From the sequence record SRR31156797_8486: a stretch of 48,958 nucleotides of DNA, one strand, 5' to 3'. Below, in pieces: positions 18,197-28,800 of the stretch. The notes under the pieces were generated by a model. It was not told the origin of the DNA. It ran no database searches and saw nothing but the letters and a program-made list of their open reading frames with translations. Both the position numbers and the translations under genes were made by a program. Position 1 is the first letter of the stretch, and every line of letters starts with the position of its first letter.

Positions 18197-19333
18197 ATGC
18201 GCATTGCTTTCTACGCTCCTTTTAAACCCCTGGATCATCCCACTCCTTCGGGGGATCAGATGATAGGCAGGGGCATATTTGTGAGCTTATGCCGCCAAGG
18301 ACACCAGGTTTCCATCGTCAGCAAATTACGTTGTCGCTGGATCTACTGGAATCCAAGCCATATCCTTCGGTCCCTTCTCGAAATTAAAAGAATTACCCAC
18401 CGGTTACAAAAAAAACCGGTGGATTGCTGGGTAACCTATCACTGCTACTATAAGGCCCCTGACATTATTGGCCCTACTATTACCAAAAAACTCGGCCTAC
18501 CCTATATTATTTTCCAAGGAAGTTATGCCACAAAATACCGCCGACAGTACCACACCGTGCCTGGCTTCATCCTCAACAAAAAAGCATTGTTGCAGGCGGA
18601 TCTCCATATCAGTGACCGCTCCCATAACCTGATCGACCTTAAACGAATACTACCGCCCCATCGACTAACCTATATCAAGCCCGGAATAGAACCCGAAAAT
18701 TTTTCTTTTGACCAAACGTCCCGGCAGAAAATGCATAAACAGTGGCAGACCAACAAGCTTCCCGTTATTCTTACGGCAGCCATGTTTCGCGCCGATGTCA
18801 AAAGTAAAGGGATAGCATGGGTCATCAAATGCTGCGGAAAGCTTCGCAAGCAAGGATTTCCCTTTCAACTCGTCATCGCAGGAGATGGCCCACAGAAAAA
18901 CCACCTTCAGCAATTAGCACGACAGCACTTGCCAGACAATGTCATTTTTACCGGCGCACTTAAGCGCGACCAGATGTATACAATATATTCCGGAGCTGAC
19001 ATATTCGCCTTCCCCGGATTTCGGGAATCACTTGGCATGGTGTTTCTGGAAGCACAATCGTGCGGTCTGCCTGTAGTCGCCTGCGACAATGGTGGAATTC
19101 CCGAGGTGGTAGTCCATGGAAAAAGCGGTTTACTCTCTCCTATCGCTGACAAGGGTGCGTTTATCGCCAATATCAAGACTCTGTTGGAAAACCAGCAAAT
19201 GCGCATTCAAATGGGCCAATATGCCGCCCGTCATATCAGAAATAACCATGACAAAAATATAAATTTTGCGGGAATGGGATCCTGTATCCAGGATGTTGTC
19301 GCACAAAGCCCTCTTCAACTCTCTTCACCATGA
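18197..19333 (+). CDS. Glycosyltransferase family 4
   Basis: FYAPFKPLDHPTPSGD N-terminus; ESLGMVFLEAQSCGLPVV (E-x7-E). Confidence 0.92.
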   Translation: MRIAFYAPFKPLDHPTPSGDQMIGRGIFVSLCRQGHQVSIVSKLRCRWIYWNPSHILRSLLEIKRITHRLQKKPVDCWVTYHCYYKAPDIIGPTITKKLGLPYIIFQGSYATKYRRQYHTVPGFILNKKALLQADLHISDRSHNLIDLKRILPPHRLTYIKPGIEPENFSFDQTSRQKMHKQWQTNKLPVILTAAMFRADVKSKGIAWVIKCCGKLRKQGFPFQLVIAGDGPQKNHLQQLARQHLPDNVIFTGALKRDQMYTIYSGADIFAFPGFRESLGMVFLEAQSCGLPVVACDNGGIPEVVVHGKSGLLSPIADKGAFIANIKTLLENQQMRIQMGQYAARHIRNNHDKNINFAGMGSCIQDVVAQSPLQLSSP

Positions 19334-19947
19334 AAAACAATTCCACGCCAATAGGTTTGATTCGACATTCCATGACACTCTGGAACGAAGAGAAAAAAAT
19401 CCAAGGCCAATTGGACAGTCGCCTCTCTTCCCAAGGTAAACAAATGGCCGAAGCATGGGGAGAAACGCTCCAGCCCTTTCAATGGCAGCGAATCATCACC
19501 AGTGACCTTGGACGAGCCAGGGAGACAACAGCTATTATCAACCGACGATTGAAAATTCCCAGCAGCACAGATCCTCTTCTTAGAGAACAAAACTGGGGCA
19601 ACTGGACAGGGCTCACCTTGGCTGAAATCAAAAAACAAGACAAAACCCGCCTGAGAGCAGCCCAAAGAAACGGGTGGCAATTTCAACCGCCAGGAGGCGA
19701 ATCCAGGGAGGCGGTTCTCAAACGCTGCTTGCAAGCACTTCACCAAGCCAATCATGCATGGGCAGGCCAACGACTGCTCATTGTTTGTCACGAGGGGGTT
19801 ATAAAATGTTTACTTTACCACCTCTCCGACCGCGCCTTTCTACCCGAAGAACCTGCCATTCTTAAAAAATACCACCTCCACGTCCTTGCAATGAACAATT
19901 CAGTACTCACCCTCACTCACCTTAACCATTTGCCACTTTCGGCCTGA
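19330..19947 (+). CDS. Histidine phosphatase family protein (PGM/CobC-like)
   Basis: LIRHS (variant of RHG), SDLGRARET, LREQNWGNWTG, PPGGES, VCHEG. ATGA overlap with the upstream GT. Confidence 0.9.
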   Translation: MKNNSTPIGLIRHSMTLWNEEKKIQGQLDSRLSSQGKQMAEAWGETLQPFQWQRIITSDLGRARETTAIINRRLKIPSSTDPLLREQNWGNWTGLTLAEIKKQDKTRLRAAQRNGWQFQPPGGESREAVLKRCLQALHQANHAWAGQRLLIVCHEGVIKCLLYHLSDRAFLPEEPAILKKYHLHVLAMNNSVLTLTHLNHLPLSA

Positions 19948-19954
19948 GACAGAC

Positions 19955-21106
19955 ATGCGTATTTTGGTATACTGTCAACATGTGCTGGGGATAGGGCACC
20001 TTGTTCGTACCTTTGAAATCCTCAAGGCCCTTAAAGAACACCAAGTCACCCTTCTTCTTGGCGGTGCAGAAACCAACCTGATTTCTCCTGAAAATGTCAC
20101 CACTGTTCAATTACCGCCGCTGATGATGGACTCCGCCTTTTCCACCCTCTCCACCCCCACCGGCAAACCGCTTGAAGAAATTAAAAAGCAGCGGCAAAAA
20201 ATCATTGGCGACTGTTTAAGTGAAATACAACCGGATATCCTCCTCGTCGAGCTTTATCCCTTTGGACGAAATGGCTTTCACTTTGAAATTGCGCCGCTCC
20301 TCGAGCAGGCGAAAAAGGAGATTCCGTCCTGCCTCATAGCCTCAAGCGTTCGTGATATTCTCGTAGAAAGAGATAACCGATTGAAATTTGAGAGACGGGC
20401 AGTGGAAAGGCTCAACCGTTTTTTTGATCTGCTGCTAATCCACAGCGACCCGAAAATCATCCGCCTTGAAGAGACCTTCAGCCGAATGGAAGATCTCAGG
20501 GTACGAACGGTCTATACAGGATATGTTCATCGCCCGCCCAAACAAAAAAACAGCGTACCACAAACAAAAGAAGCCTTTCCTCTCATTGTTGCCAGTGCTG
20601 GCGGCGGAAGTGTTGGCTACACCTTATTAGAGGCAACATTAAAGGCGCATACGCTCCTGACAAGCCGTTTCCCTTGCACGCTGCACCTGTACACTGGACC
20701 ATACCTGGAGCGGGAAAAACAACAAAAACTGACTCTGCTGGCAGGCGACCATGCCCGGATAGCCACCTTCTGCAATGACCTGCCTGCGGCACTGCAACAA
20801 GCAGCTCTTTCTGTTTCCATGGGGGGCTACAACACGACCATGGATGTGATTGCTGCCGGTTGCCCAGCCCTTATCTATCCTTTCAATCAAAACCACGAAC
20901 AACGGCTCCGTGCTGAACGGCTGCAACATTATGTGCCGATAACGCCTCTTGAGGAAAAAGACCTGCTGCCGTCTATCCTTGCCCAGCATATGTTTCAGGC
21001 TTTACAGGAACCATCATTACCTGCAAAAACAGTAGCACTTGACGGAGCCAGCCAGGCAGCGAAAGCATTAACAGCCATTGCCAAACACAATATAAAGCCC
21101 CTATGA
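19955..21106 (+). CDS. Predicted GT-B glycosyltransferase (COG4671-like), paralog of 4717-5913
   Basis: YCQHVLGIGHLVR, ELYPFGR, SAGGGSVG, VSMGGYNT, EQRLRAERL. Confidence 0.87.
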   Translation: MRILVYCQHVLGIGHLVRTFEILKALKEHQVTLLLGGAETNLISPENVTTVQLPPLMMDSAFSTLSTPTGKPLEEIKKQRQKIIGDCLSEIQPDILLVELYPFGRNGFHFEIAPLLEQAKKEIPSCLIASSVRDILVERDNRLKFERRAVERLNRFFDLLLIHSDPKIIRLEETFSRMEDLRVRTVYTGYVHRPPKQKNSVPQTKEAFPLIVASAGGGSVGYTLLEATLKAHTLLTSRFPCTLHLYTGPYLEREKQQKLTLLAGDHARIATFCNDLPAALQQAALSVSMGGYNTTMDVIAAGCPALIYPFNQNHEQRLRAERLQHYVPITPLEEKDLLPSILAQHMFQALQEPSLPAKTVALDGASQAAKALTAIAKHNIKPL

Positions 21107-21879
21107 AAAAAGTTCTCACACCAATTTGGACAGCCCCTCTTCCCATTGACACCGAAAGGCGCCTGCGTACTATCCTCTCGGCTTATAAGGATACGCCGAT
21201 TTTTTTCCGTGCAGACGATATCGGCGGAGAAACTGACCCACTCTTTGACCCGTTTATGGAGCTTTTTCTTGCCCACCGTATACCGCTTTGTCTAGCAGTG
21301 GTGCCCACCTGGATCGACCCTGCAACTTGGTCGCAATACGAGAAGTATCAACCGCAAAGTGGACAATGGTGCTGGCACCAGCATGGATACAGTCACACCA
21401 ACCATGAGCATACCGGAAAAAAAGCAGAGTTTGGCCTCGCCCGAGCCAAAGTCGAAGTTGAACAAGATATAATAAGCGGTAAAAACAAACTGGTAGATTT
21501 GCTGGGAGATGCCTTCATTCCCGTATTTACTCCGCCATGGAATCGCTGCTCCTCACAAACCCTTGAGACACTGGCTGAGCAGGGATTTTACGCTGTGTCA
21601 CGATCCCGAAAAGCAATGCCTCTTTCACCTGAAGACCTGCCTGATATACAAATAAACATAGATCTGCATACCCGAAAGGAAAAGAATGCGGCTACGTCCT
21701 GGGAAGCCCTGTATACAGAACTCAGTCAAGCAGCCGACTCAGGACTGATGGGAGTCATGCTGCATCATCAGCTGATGAACCGACAGGGACTTGCCTTTCT
21801 TGACCTGCTCCTTTCCCTTATTCAGGAATATAACCTCCCTTCCTGTACCTTTCAGGAAATCAGCAAAGGGGGCAGATGA
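21103..21879 (+). CDS. Polysaccharide deacetylase (NodB/CE4-like)
   Basis: FFRADD, LAVVP, HQHGYSH, FTPPWNR, VMLHH. ATGA overlap with the upstream GT. Confidence 0.85.
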   Translation: MKKVLTPIWTAPLPIDTERRLRTILSAYKDTPIFFRADDIGGETDPLFDPFMELFLAHRIPLCLAVVPTWIDPATWSQYEKYQPQSGQWCWHQHGYSHTNHEHTGKKAEFGLARAKVEVEQDIISGKNKLVDLLGDAFIPVFTPPWNRCSSQTLETLAEQGFYAVSRSRKAMPLSPEDLPDIQINIDLHTRKEKNAATSWEALYTELSQAADSGLMGVMLHHQLMNRQGLAFLDLLLSLIQEYNLPSCTFQEISKGGR

Positions 21880-21890
21880 ACACAGATTTT

Positions 21891-22811
21891 TCAAACGTCA
21901 AGGTCCGGGATATCAAATCTAATATTTTCCTCTTCACCTTCCAACTCAGTAACCCGAACATGGTCCTCGCCTGACAGGTGTTCAATAACCCCCGTAACCA
22001 AGTGCTCCGGGGCTGAGGCACCGGCAGTAATCCCGACGCGCTCAACGCCTTCAAGCCATTCAGACGCTATCTCACCGGCATGATCGATGAGGTAGGCTGG
22101 TGTTCCCTGCAACTGGGCTACTTCGCGCAACCTGTTTGAGTTAGAACTATTTTTCGAACCAACAACCAACACCACATCCACATTTTCCGCTAATTTGCGA
22201 ACCGCATGCTGTCGATTTGTGGTCGCGTAACAGATATCTGAACGCTCAGGTGCAGTGCTGAGTGGAAATCGTTTGTGGATGGCTTTAACAATATCCTGGG
22301 TATCATCAACACTCAGAGTAGTTTGGGTGACATACCCAACTTTGCTTTCATCAACCACAACAATTTCTGCCACGTCCTCAACGGTCGAAAGGACATGTAC
22401 ATTACCGGTGGCATGTCCGCATGTGCCCTCCACCTCTGGGTGCCCTTTGTGGCCTATAACGAGAACATCATACCCTATATTATTCAGCCTGCTTACTCTA
22501 CGGTGCACTGTGGCCACCAAGGGGCAGGTAGCATCAATAACCCGCAGTCCAAGTTTGCCAGCCCTTTTTTCAACCTCTGGAGAAACACCATGGGCGCTGA
22601 AAATAGCAACTGCACCTTGGGGGATATCCCTGAGGCGCTCAACAAAGACGGCTCCTTTGGTTCGTAACTCATCTATAACATGGGTATTGTGCACTATCTC
22701 ATGAAGGACAAATACCGGAGCTCCATGACGCTCAAGAGCCTTATTCACAATGGCAATTGCCCGGTTAACGCCAGCACAAAATCCGCGTGGCCTTGCAAGG
22801 AATATTTTCAT
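21891..22811 (-). CDS. ispH: 4-hydroxy-3-methylbut-2-enyl diphosphate reductase
   Basis: PRGFCAGV, IVHN, SAHG, DATCPLV, ICYATTNRQ, SSNSNRL, TAGASAPE; three Fe-S Cys. Confidence 0.97.
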   Translation of the reverse strand: MKIFLARPRGFCAGVNRAIAIVNKALERHGAPVFVLHEIVHNTHVIDELRTKGAVFVERLRDIPQGAVAIFSAHGVSPEVEKRAGKLGLRVIDATCPLVATVHRRVSRLNNIGYDVLVIGHKGHPEVEGTCGHATGNVHVLSTVEDVAEIVVVDESKVGYVTQTTLSVDDTQDIVKAIHKRFPLSTAPERSDICYATTNRQHAVRKLAENVDVVLVVGSKNSSNSNRLREVAQLQGTPAYLIDHAGEIASEWLEGVERVGITAGASAPEHLVTGVIEHLSGEDHVRVTELEGEEENIRFDIPDLDV

Positions 22812-22947
22812 ACTTTTCTACCCAACACTCTTTTAAATAATTTTTCTCAACTTCTCCGCAGTGAAAAGTAGCCATATTTCGATGAAAATGCTACCCTTCA
22901 ACCAGTATCTTTTTTTATACTAAATACCATTTTAAGGATATGGTTTT

Positions 22948-24264
22948 ATGAACCTTTTCACTAAAGCGTTTCTTCTTTCTCTCTGCCTTGCCACCTTCCT
23001 GGTCTCAATCCTTCAGGCCAGGCCCATGACATCTGTAAAAAACACCACCATACGGGCTGAGAACCCCAAGAATCAACAATCCACCCTGGTTCTACCATAT
23101 GGTTTTTCATCGGACTCTATGGGAACCACGCTTGGAGTCGGCGGCATGATGAAAGGCTATGGTCAGGATCAATTGCTGCTGGCCTCAACCGTTTTCGGCA
23201 GCTTTGACTCTGCTGTCGGTTTTTTTCTCGGCATGTGGGACTACAAACCCTCTTGGTCAGAACGGCTCTTTTTCGGCGCACAAGGCATGGTCGGTCATTA
23301 TCCCAGACAGCGTGCCTATAGTGCACCTTTATTCAGGGAAGGGCAAACTCGGCCCGGCAGTAACAACTCCGACAAAGATAATTATCGTGAAGAAAAAGGG
23401 TATGACAACTGGACCGACTTTAGGCTTGAGTATGTCCTTCCCCTGGGAGGCGGCCAGGACTCAGGGATGGTCACGTATAAGTTACAAGATGGCCTGTTAC
23501 AGTCAACGCCGGTGGGCGGTGAAAAATGGAATCCGATGGAGAGCGGTATCACAACCCTGCTCCTCAGGCAATTTAATCGTTATCGCAGCTTTGAGTTAGA
23601 CGACGGGGAACTTGATGCCACTACACACCCTGTGCAGCTAGCGGTTTCCTACGACAATACAAATTTTCCCAAAAACCCTTCCATGGGCAGCTCACAATAC
23701 CTGTCTGTTACCCATGACTTTGGTTGGCTAGAATCGCCCGACGACTGGACATTTATAGAGTTTGAGGCAAGTAAATATTTTTCTCTGGGCTCATCAGAAT
23801 ATGCAAGACAACGTATTATCGCCTTGAACTTCTGGACAGGTGACGCGCCCAGCTGGGAAGAAACAACCGATGCAGGCGGTATCACCACCGTGAGCAACCG
23901 ACCACCTTTTTATGAAGGGGCTACCCTTGGTGGTTTTTACAGGATGCGCGGCTACCCGCAAGATAGATTCAATGATCGTTCGGTGATTTACACCACTGCT
24001 GAGTATAGATACACTCTGGACTGGAATCCTCTGGGTAATATCTCGTGGTTACGCTTTCTGCAAAGCGACTGGATGCAAATAGTCGGTTTTGTCGAAGGAG
24101 GCAGAGTGGCTAATGAGTATGATCTCTCTGAATTACTCCAAGACTGGAAAATGGATGCAGGAGTTGGCCTTCGTTGTTTATTTGCCGGTTCTGTAGCTCG
24201 ACTTGATGTAGCAGCATCAGAAGAAGGAACAAGCATGTGGGTTATGTTTGGTCAACCGTTCTAA
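22948..24264 (+). CDS. Omp85/BamA-TamA-family outer-membrane barrel without POTRA domains
   Basis: Signal peptide; loop-6-like LGGFYRMRGY motif; EYRY; GVGLR; C-terminal FGQPF. Confidence 0.75.
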   Translation: MNLFTKAFLLSLCLATFLVSILQARPMTSVKNTTIRAENPKNQQSTLVLPYGFSSDSMGTTLGVGGMMKGYGQDQLLLASTVFGSFDSAVGFFLGMWDYKPSWSERLFFGAQGMVGHYPRQRAYSAPLFREGQTRPGSNNSDKDNYREEKGYDNWTDFRLEYVLPLGGGQDSGMVTYKLQDGLLQSTPVGGEKWNPMESGITTLLLRQFNRYRSFELDDGELDATTHPVQLAVSYDNTNFPKNPSMGSSQYLSVTHDFGWLESPDDWTFIEFEASKYFSLGSSEYARQRIIALNFWTGDAPSWEETTDAGGITTVSNRPPFYEGATLGGFYRMRGYPQDRFNDRSVIYTTAEYRYTLDWNPLGNISWLRFLQSDWMQIVGFVEGGRVANEYDLSELLQDWKMDAGVGLRCLFAGSVARLDVAASEEGTSMWVMFGQPF

Positions 24265-24347
24265 CTTGCAGCCCTGATCTTTCTTAATGCGTTTCATTCA
24301 ATTAAGTAACGTGACTGCAATGATTTAACACCCAATAAGGGAAACAT

Positions 24348-24998
24348 ATGGAAAGGCTCCCCCCTCTGCCGTTATCAAAATCCATTGAGATCGCCTATAA
24401 ATCGATCAAGGTGCGTTTTTTTCGCTCCTTGATCACTACCACCAGTCTTGTGCTGGCGGTTGCTTTCCTCTGTTACATTCAAATCTGTAACAATCTGGCC
24501 AATGCTCTCTTCACTACAGGCGAGCCTACGGCCCTACAGATCCTTATAAAAGCTGGTTTTGACATCACTCCCCAGACAACAGCCATAGGTGAAAGTGCCA
24601 AACAACAATGGATAGTTGTCCTTTCCCTCTTGGTTTGTGTGGTCGGCATCGTCAACGCCCAGCTCATGGCCGTGACTGAACGTTTCCGGGAAATAGGCAC
24701 GATGAAATGTCTGGGGGCTCTGGACCGGGTGGTCCTGCTCCTCTTTTTAATTGAAGCTGCTATGCAGGGTTTTGTAGGAGCAACTGCTGGCGCATTGCTC
24801 GGCTGCATTAGCGGCGTCTTGAGTTCCCTGTCTTCCCTCGGGACTGCCATATTTGAATCGTTTCCGCTGCAAACAATCCTGCTCACCATGCTCAAAGCTA
24901 CTCTCACAGGCTGCCTGCTCAGTCTGATTGGTGTTATTTTTCCAGCCATTAAAGCAGCACGCATGGAACCAGTTGAAGCGATGCGGGTGGAGCAATGA
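24348..24998 (+). CDS. Small FtsX-family (type VII) ABC permease
   Basis: RSLITT TM1; GIVNAQLMAVTERFREIGTMKCLGA; PAIKAARMEPVEAMR. Confidence 0.9.
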   Translation: MERLPPLPLSKSIEIAYKSIKVRFFRSLITTTSLVLAVAFLCYIQICNNLANALFTTGEPTALQILIKAGFDITPQTTAIGESAKQQWIVVLSLLVCVVGIVNAQLMAVTERFREIGTMKCLGALDRVVLLLFLIEAAMQGFVGATAGALLGCISGVLSSLSSLGTAIFESFPLQTILLTMLKATLTGCLLSLIGVIFPAIKAARMEPVEAMRVEQ

Positions 24999-25077
24999 TA
25001 CTTCTTGGGCTTATACACGCAAACAGTACATATCCGCTTTGCTCCGTGTCCGGTAACCTTCACCAATAACGGGTACT

Positions 25078-25806
25078 ATGCAACACACTATCGTTCGAAC
25101 CACTGATGTCACAAAAAGTTTTCAGCTTGGCAAACACCAGTTGGAGGTACTCAAGGGCATCAGCCTGACTATCGCCACTGGTCGCTATATCTCTATCATG
25201 GGTCCTTCTGGCTCCGGCAAATCAACTCTTTTCAACATGATCGGCGGCCTGGACAAACCTACCTCTGGTAAAGTCTTTATCGATGAAGTCGATATTGCCC
25301 AGCTGGATGCCTATGAACTTGCCTGGCTGCGCTGCCGTAAAATAGGCTATATATTTCAGACCTTTAATCTTATCCCTGTAATGACTGCCCTGGAAAATGT
25401 TACCCTGCCCATGACCTTTGGCGGTACAGGCAATGATGAAGCGGTTGAGCGGGGAATGGAACTGCTTAAGCAGGTCGGGCTGGAGTCACGTTTCAGTCAT
25501 AAGCCCTCGGAACTATCTGGGGGCCAGCAGCAGCGGGTAGCCGTTGCCCGTGCCCTCGCCAATGACCCGGCAATAATACTTGCCGACGAGCCCACCGGGA
25601 ATCTTGATCTCACCACCGGGGAAGAAATTATAGATCTTTTAAAACAGATGAGTTCAGACCGGGGAGTCACCATTATTTCGGCAACCCACGATTTTAAAAT
25701 GCTCAACGTATCTGACGAAGTTATCTGGATTCGTGATGGCAGAATTGATAAAATAGAAAAACGTGAAGAGTTAAATATCTCTGTAGGCACAATTGATGAG
25801 CGATAA
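25078..25806 (+). CDS. ABC ATP-binding protein, LolD/MacB family
   Basis: GPSGSGKST, IGYIFQTFNL, LSGGQQQR, ILADEPTGNLD, ATHD. Confidence 0.96.
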   Translation: MQHTIVRTTDVTKSFQLGKHQLEVLKGISLTIATGRYISIMGPSGSGKSTLFNMIGGLDKPTSGKVFIDEVDIAQLDAYELAWLRCRKIGYIFQTFNLIPVMTALENVTLPMTFGGTGNDEAVERGMELLKQVGLESRFSHKPSELSGGQQQRVAVARALANDPAIILADEPTGNLDLTTGEEIIDLLKQMSSDRGVTIISATHDFKMLNVSDEVIWIRDGRIDKIEKREELNISVGTIDER

Positions 25807-28800
25807 CAGCACCGCAATAGATTGCAGCAGAAGGACACGATGGCCTGTCCCTATAATACTTTCTATGGCTATGTTCATTTTACCTGTCCTTCTTTGCGCA
25901 GGAGGAGCATTCGCCTCTCCTGCTCCTTTACCCCAGGCAGACAGTTTACAAACTGCTGTTTCCTTTTTTTCCTCCCTTGGTGACCGATCAACAGCCACCC
26001 CTGGCACCAATGCCGCTGCTGAGTACATTAGAAAAAGACTGGCAGCTGCGCGCCCCATGGAATCGGGATACACTGATTTCGCTCTTCCTGTCCGCCGTCA
26101 TCAAGGTTCACGGCTCAATATTGGCAGCACCTCTCTCGCCATCCAGCCCCTTTACTACAATGCCATTACCCCGCAAAACATTTCCACAGAGGGGTTACAG
26201 GGTGATCTTATATATGTCGGCAAAGGCGAGCTTGGGGATTTTAATGGTTTTGACGTTGTCGGATCGATCGTCCTCATGGATTTTGACTCAGGTCGTAATT
26301 GGCTCAATGCAGCGTCCCTTGGTGCCAAAGCATTGATTTATATTGGGAATGACAAAACAAATCGCCCGCAGTTTCTAGACAAAGAGGAGCTCTCCCCTAT
26401 CCAATTCCCCTGTTTTTGGACGACCGAAACAGAGCTTGCCAGCCTTCTTTCTTTGCCGCTTTCCAAAACACGCCAACCACTTGCCAAACGCGTTACTCTT
26501 ACAAGTTCCATCCAGTGGGAGCAAGGCACAGGACGCAATCTGTACGCTCTATTCCCTGGCACCGATCCAACAAAAAAAGATCAACTCCTTGTTGTTGAAG
26601 CCTTTTACGATTCTTCATATTTTATCCCTGGCTCCTCCCCTGGTGCCGACGAGGCTCTTTCCATTGCCTCTCTGCTTGAGTTAGCTGATTTCCTCCACGA
26701 CAATCCCCCTCAAAGGCCTTTTTTGCTCGTGGCGACCAGTGGACATGCCCAGGAACTTACTGGCATGCGGGAAATAATTTGGACAGCCAATGTTGCATCC
26801 AAAGACCTCCGTAAAATGGGGAAAAAAATCAAGGCAGATAAAAAACTGCGCAACCGTTACATAGAGGCACTCCAAAATTTTACTGCAGGCAAATCAGAAG
26901 AAATCGATGGCATGAACCTGCAAGCCGGCCTGCGAGAAACTGTTAAGCTCGATATTGATCGAATTTCAAACGAGTTAATGAATCTTCGCATGGCCAGTGA
27001 AACGTCTGAGTCAGACACACGCATCAAGGTGCTTGCCGAAAAAAGACTACTCCTGCGGCAAATTAGCTGGCGGACAAATTTCAACGACCTCAGTAAGGAA
27101 GAGACAACGCTCCTTATACCGCTCGCTCAATCAGCAATTAGCACTCACCTCAGTGTCCTGACAGAACTCAACAGTCAGCAAGAAATGCTGAAAAAAAGCA
27201 GACAATTTCGCTCACTACTTGCCGAGTTTGAGCCGCGCGCCATAGTTTCGCTCCATTTGTCAAGCCATGGCAATGGACTTGGAGCATTTGAACGCGGGTT
27301 CATGTATCCGCTTCGCTCCAGAATAAACCGCACCGGTGCCTTTCGTGAGATAGATGACGCCCTGCAACAAGTTGCTGCAGCAACTCCTGAAACCGCACCC
27401 ATTTTCACCTCAACCCTTCGCCCAGACAGGCTTCACCCATGGCAAGACCTCCTACCCGACAAGCCGCACTTGGGAGGTGAGGTCAGTTGCCTCGCGGGGT
27501 TACCAGGTCTGTCACTTGTTACCACCGGTGATCTCAGGTCCAAATGGGGTACGCCCTTTGATACAACCGATCATATTGACTGGGACAAGGCTACCCACCA
27601 GTGGCAGTTGGCCAAATCACTGATCATGGGTCTCGACAAAGCGGCAGATTTACCCCTTGGATACATTCGCGATGGTTTTGCTACGGTATCAGGCAAAGCC
27701 GGCCTGCTCCTCCACGGTGAGCTGTTTGCAGAACAACCGGCGCCACAAACCATGCTGCTTGCCTTCCAAGGATCAGCCCGGTACCACCTTCTTACCGATC
27801 TCCAAGGGCAATTCCTTCTCAAGGGGGTAGCAGATAAAAAACACGTGCAGGATAAGGTTATCCTCGAAGGGTATAAATTTTCAACCGTAGATGATGGCAC
27901 TAACTGGGCCATTGACAAAAAGCTGACCGGCAAAGCTTCTTATCGGATAAAGATGCAACGCCAAGCAATGCGAACCGACCTGGTCATGTTCAACTGCAAG
28001 CAGGTAACCTTTTTTAATTTGCTCGAGCCACGCAGCCTTCGCTACATGACCAAACTGCAGTTGATTGACGGGCGCAGGGAAGCCCCGCCGCTTCGCTACT
28101 GGTACAGCCGGATTGATACGAGATCCTCCATCATTGCTTCTCTTTTTCTTGAACCTGGTACACGGATAAAATTGACCCTTTCCGACACTATCCTCAAGAA
28201 AAAGATGCTCCTTACCAATTCGGACCAGCTGCACCCGCTAGGACAGGGGTACGATGTTGATACACATCCTTCCCTCTACCACACCAGCTACCTGACCGCT
28301 CGTGACCATTGGGCATTGCTTGCGCCCCGAGTAGCCAACCTTGAACGCCACGGCATCCATAATGAACGTATCCAAAATCTGCAGCAACAGGGAGTGGAAG
28401 CCCTCCAAGCTGCCGAGCAGGCTCTGAAAGAAAAACAGTATCAACTGTTCAGCGAAGCAGCAAACACCTCCTGGGCACTAGCCAGCCGAGTGTATGAACA
28501 TGTAGAAAAAACACAGAAGGACGTACTGTTCGGGGTACTTTTTTACATTGCGCTTTTCGTACCTTTTGCTTTTTGCATGGAACGGCTTCTGTTTGGTTAT
28601 GTTTCGATCTACAAACGTATCACGGCCTTTACTCTTATCTTGTGCTTCCTCATCGCTATCATTGCCCAGGTGCACCCCGCCTTCGCCCTCGCCTACAGCC
28701 CAACTGTTGTTATTCTTGCCTTTTTCATTATTGGCCTCTCCTTGCTGGTAACCATGATCATCCTCCTTCGGTTTGAAAGTGAGATGATATTGTTACAGCG

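Noticed and set aside
14908-22811. Polyprenyl synthase + GTs + ispH as a hopanoid or carotenoid-glycoside cluster
   Set aside because: No squalene/phytoene synthase, cyclase or desaturase; the synthase looks like a quinone side-chain enzyme, and ispH is convergent.
24479-25066. 195-aa minus-strand ORF and similar antisense ORFs throughout the window
   Set aside because: They overlap confident genes on the opposite strand or in another frame and have no independent evidence.
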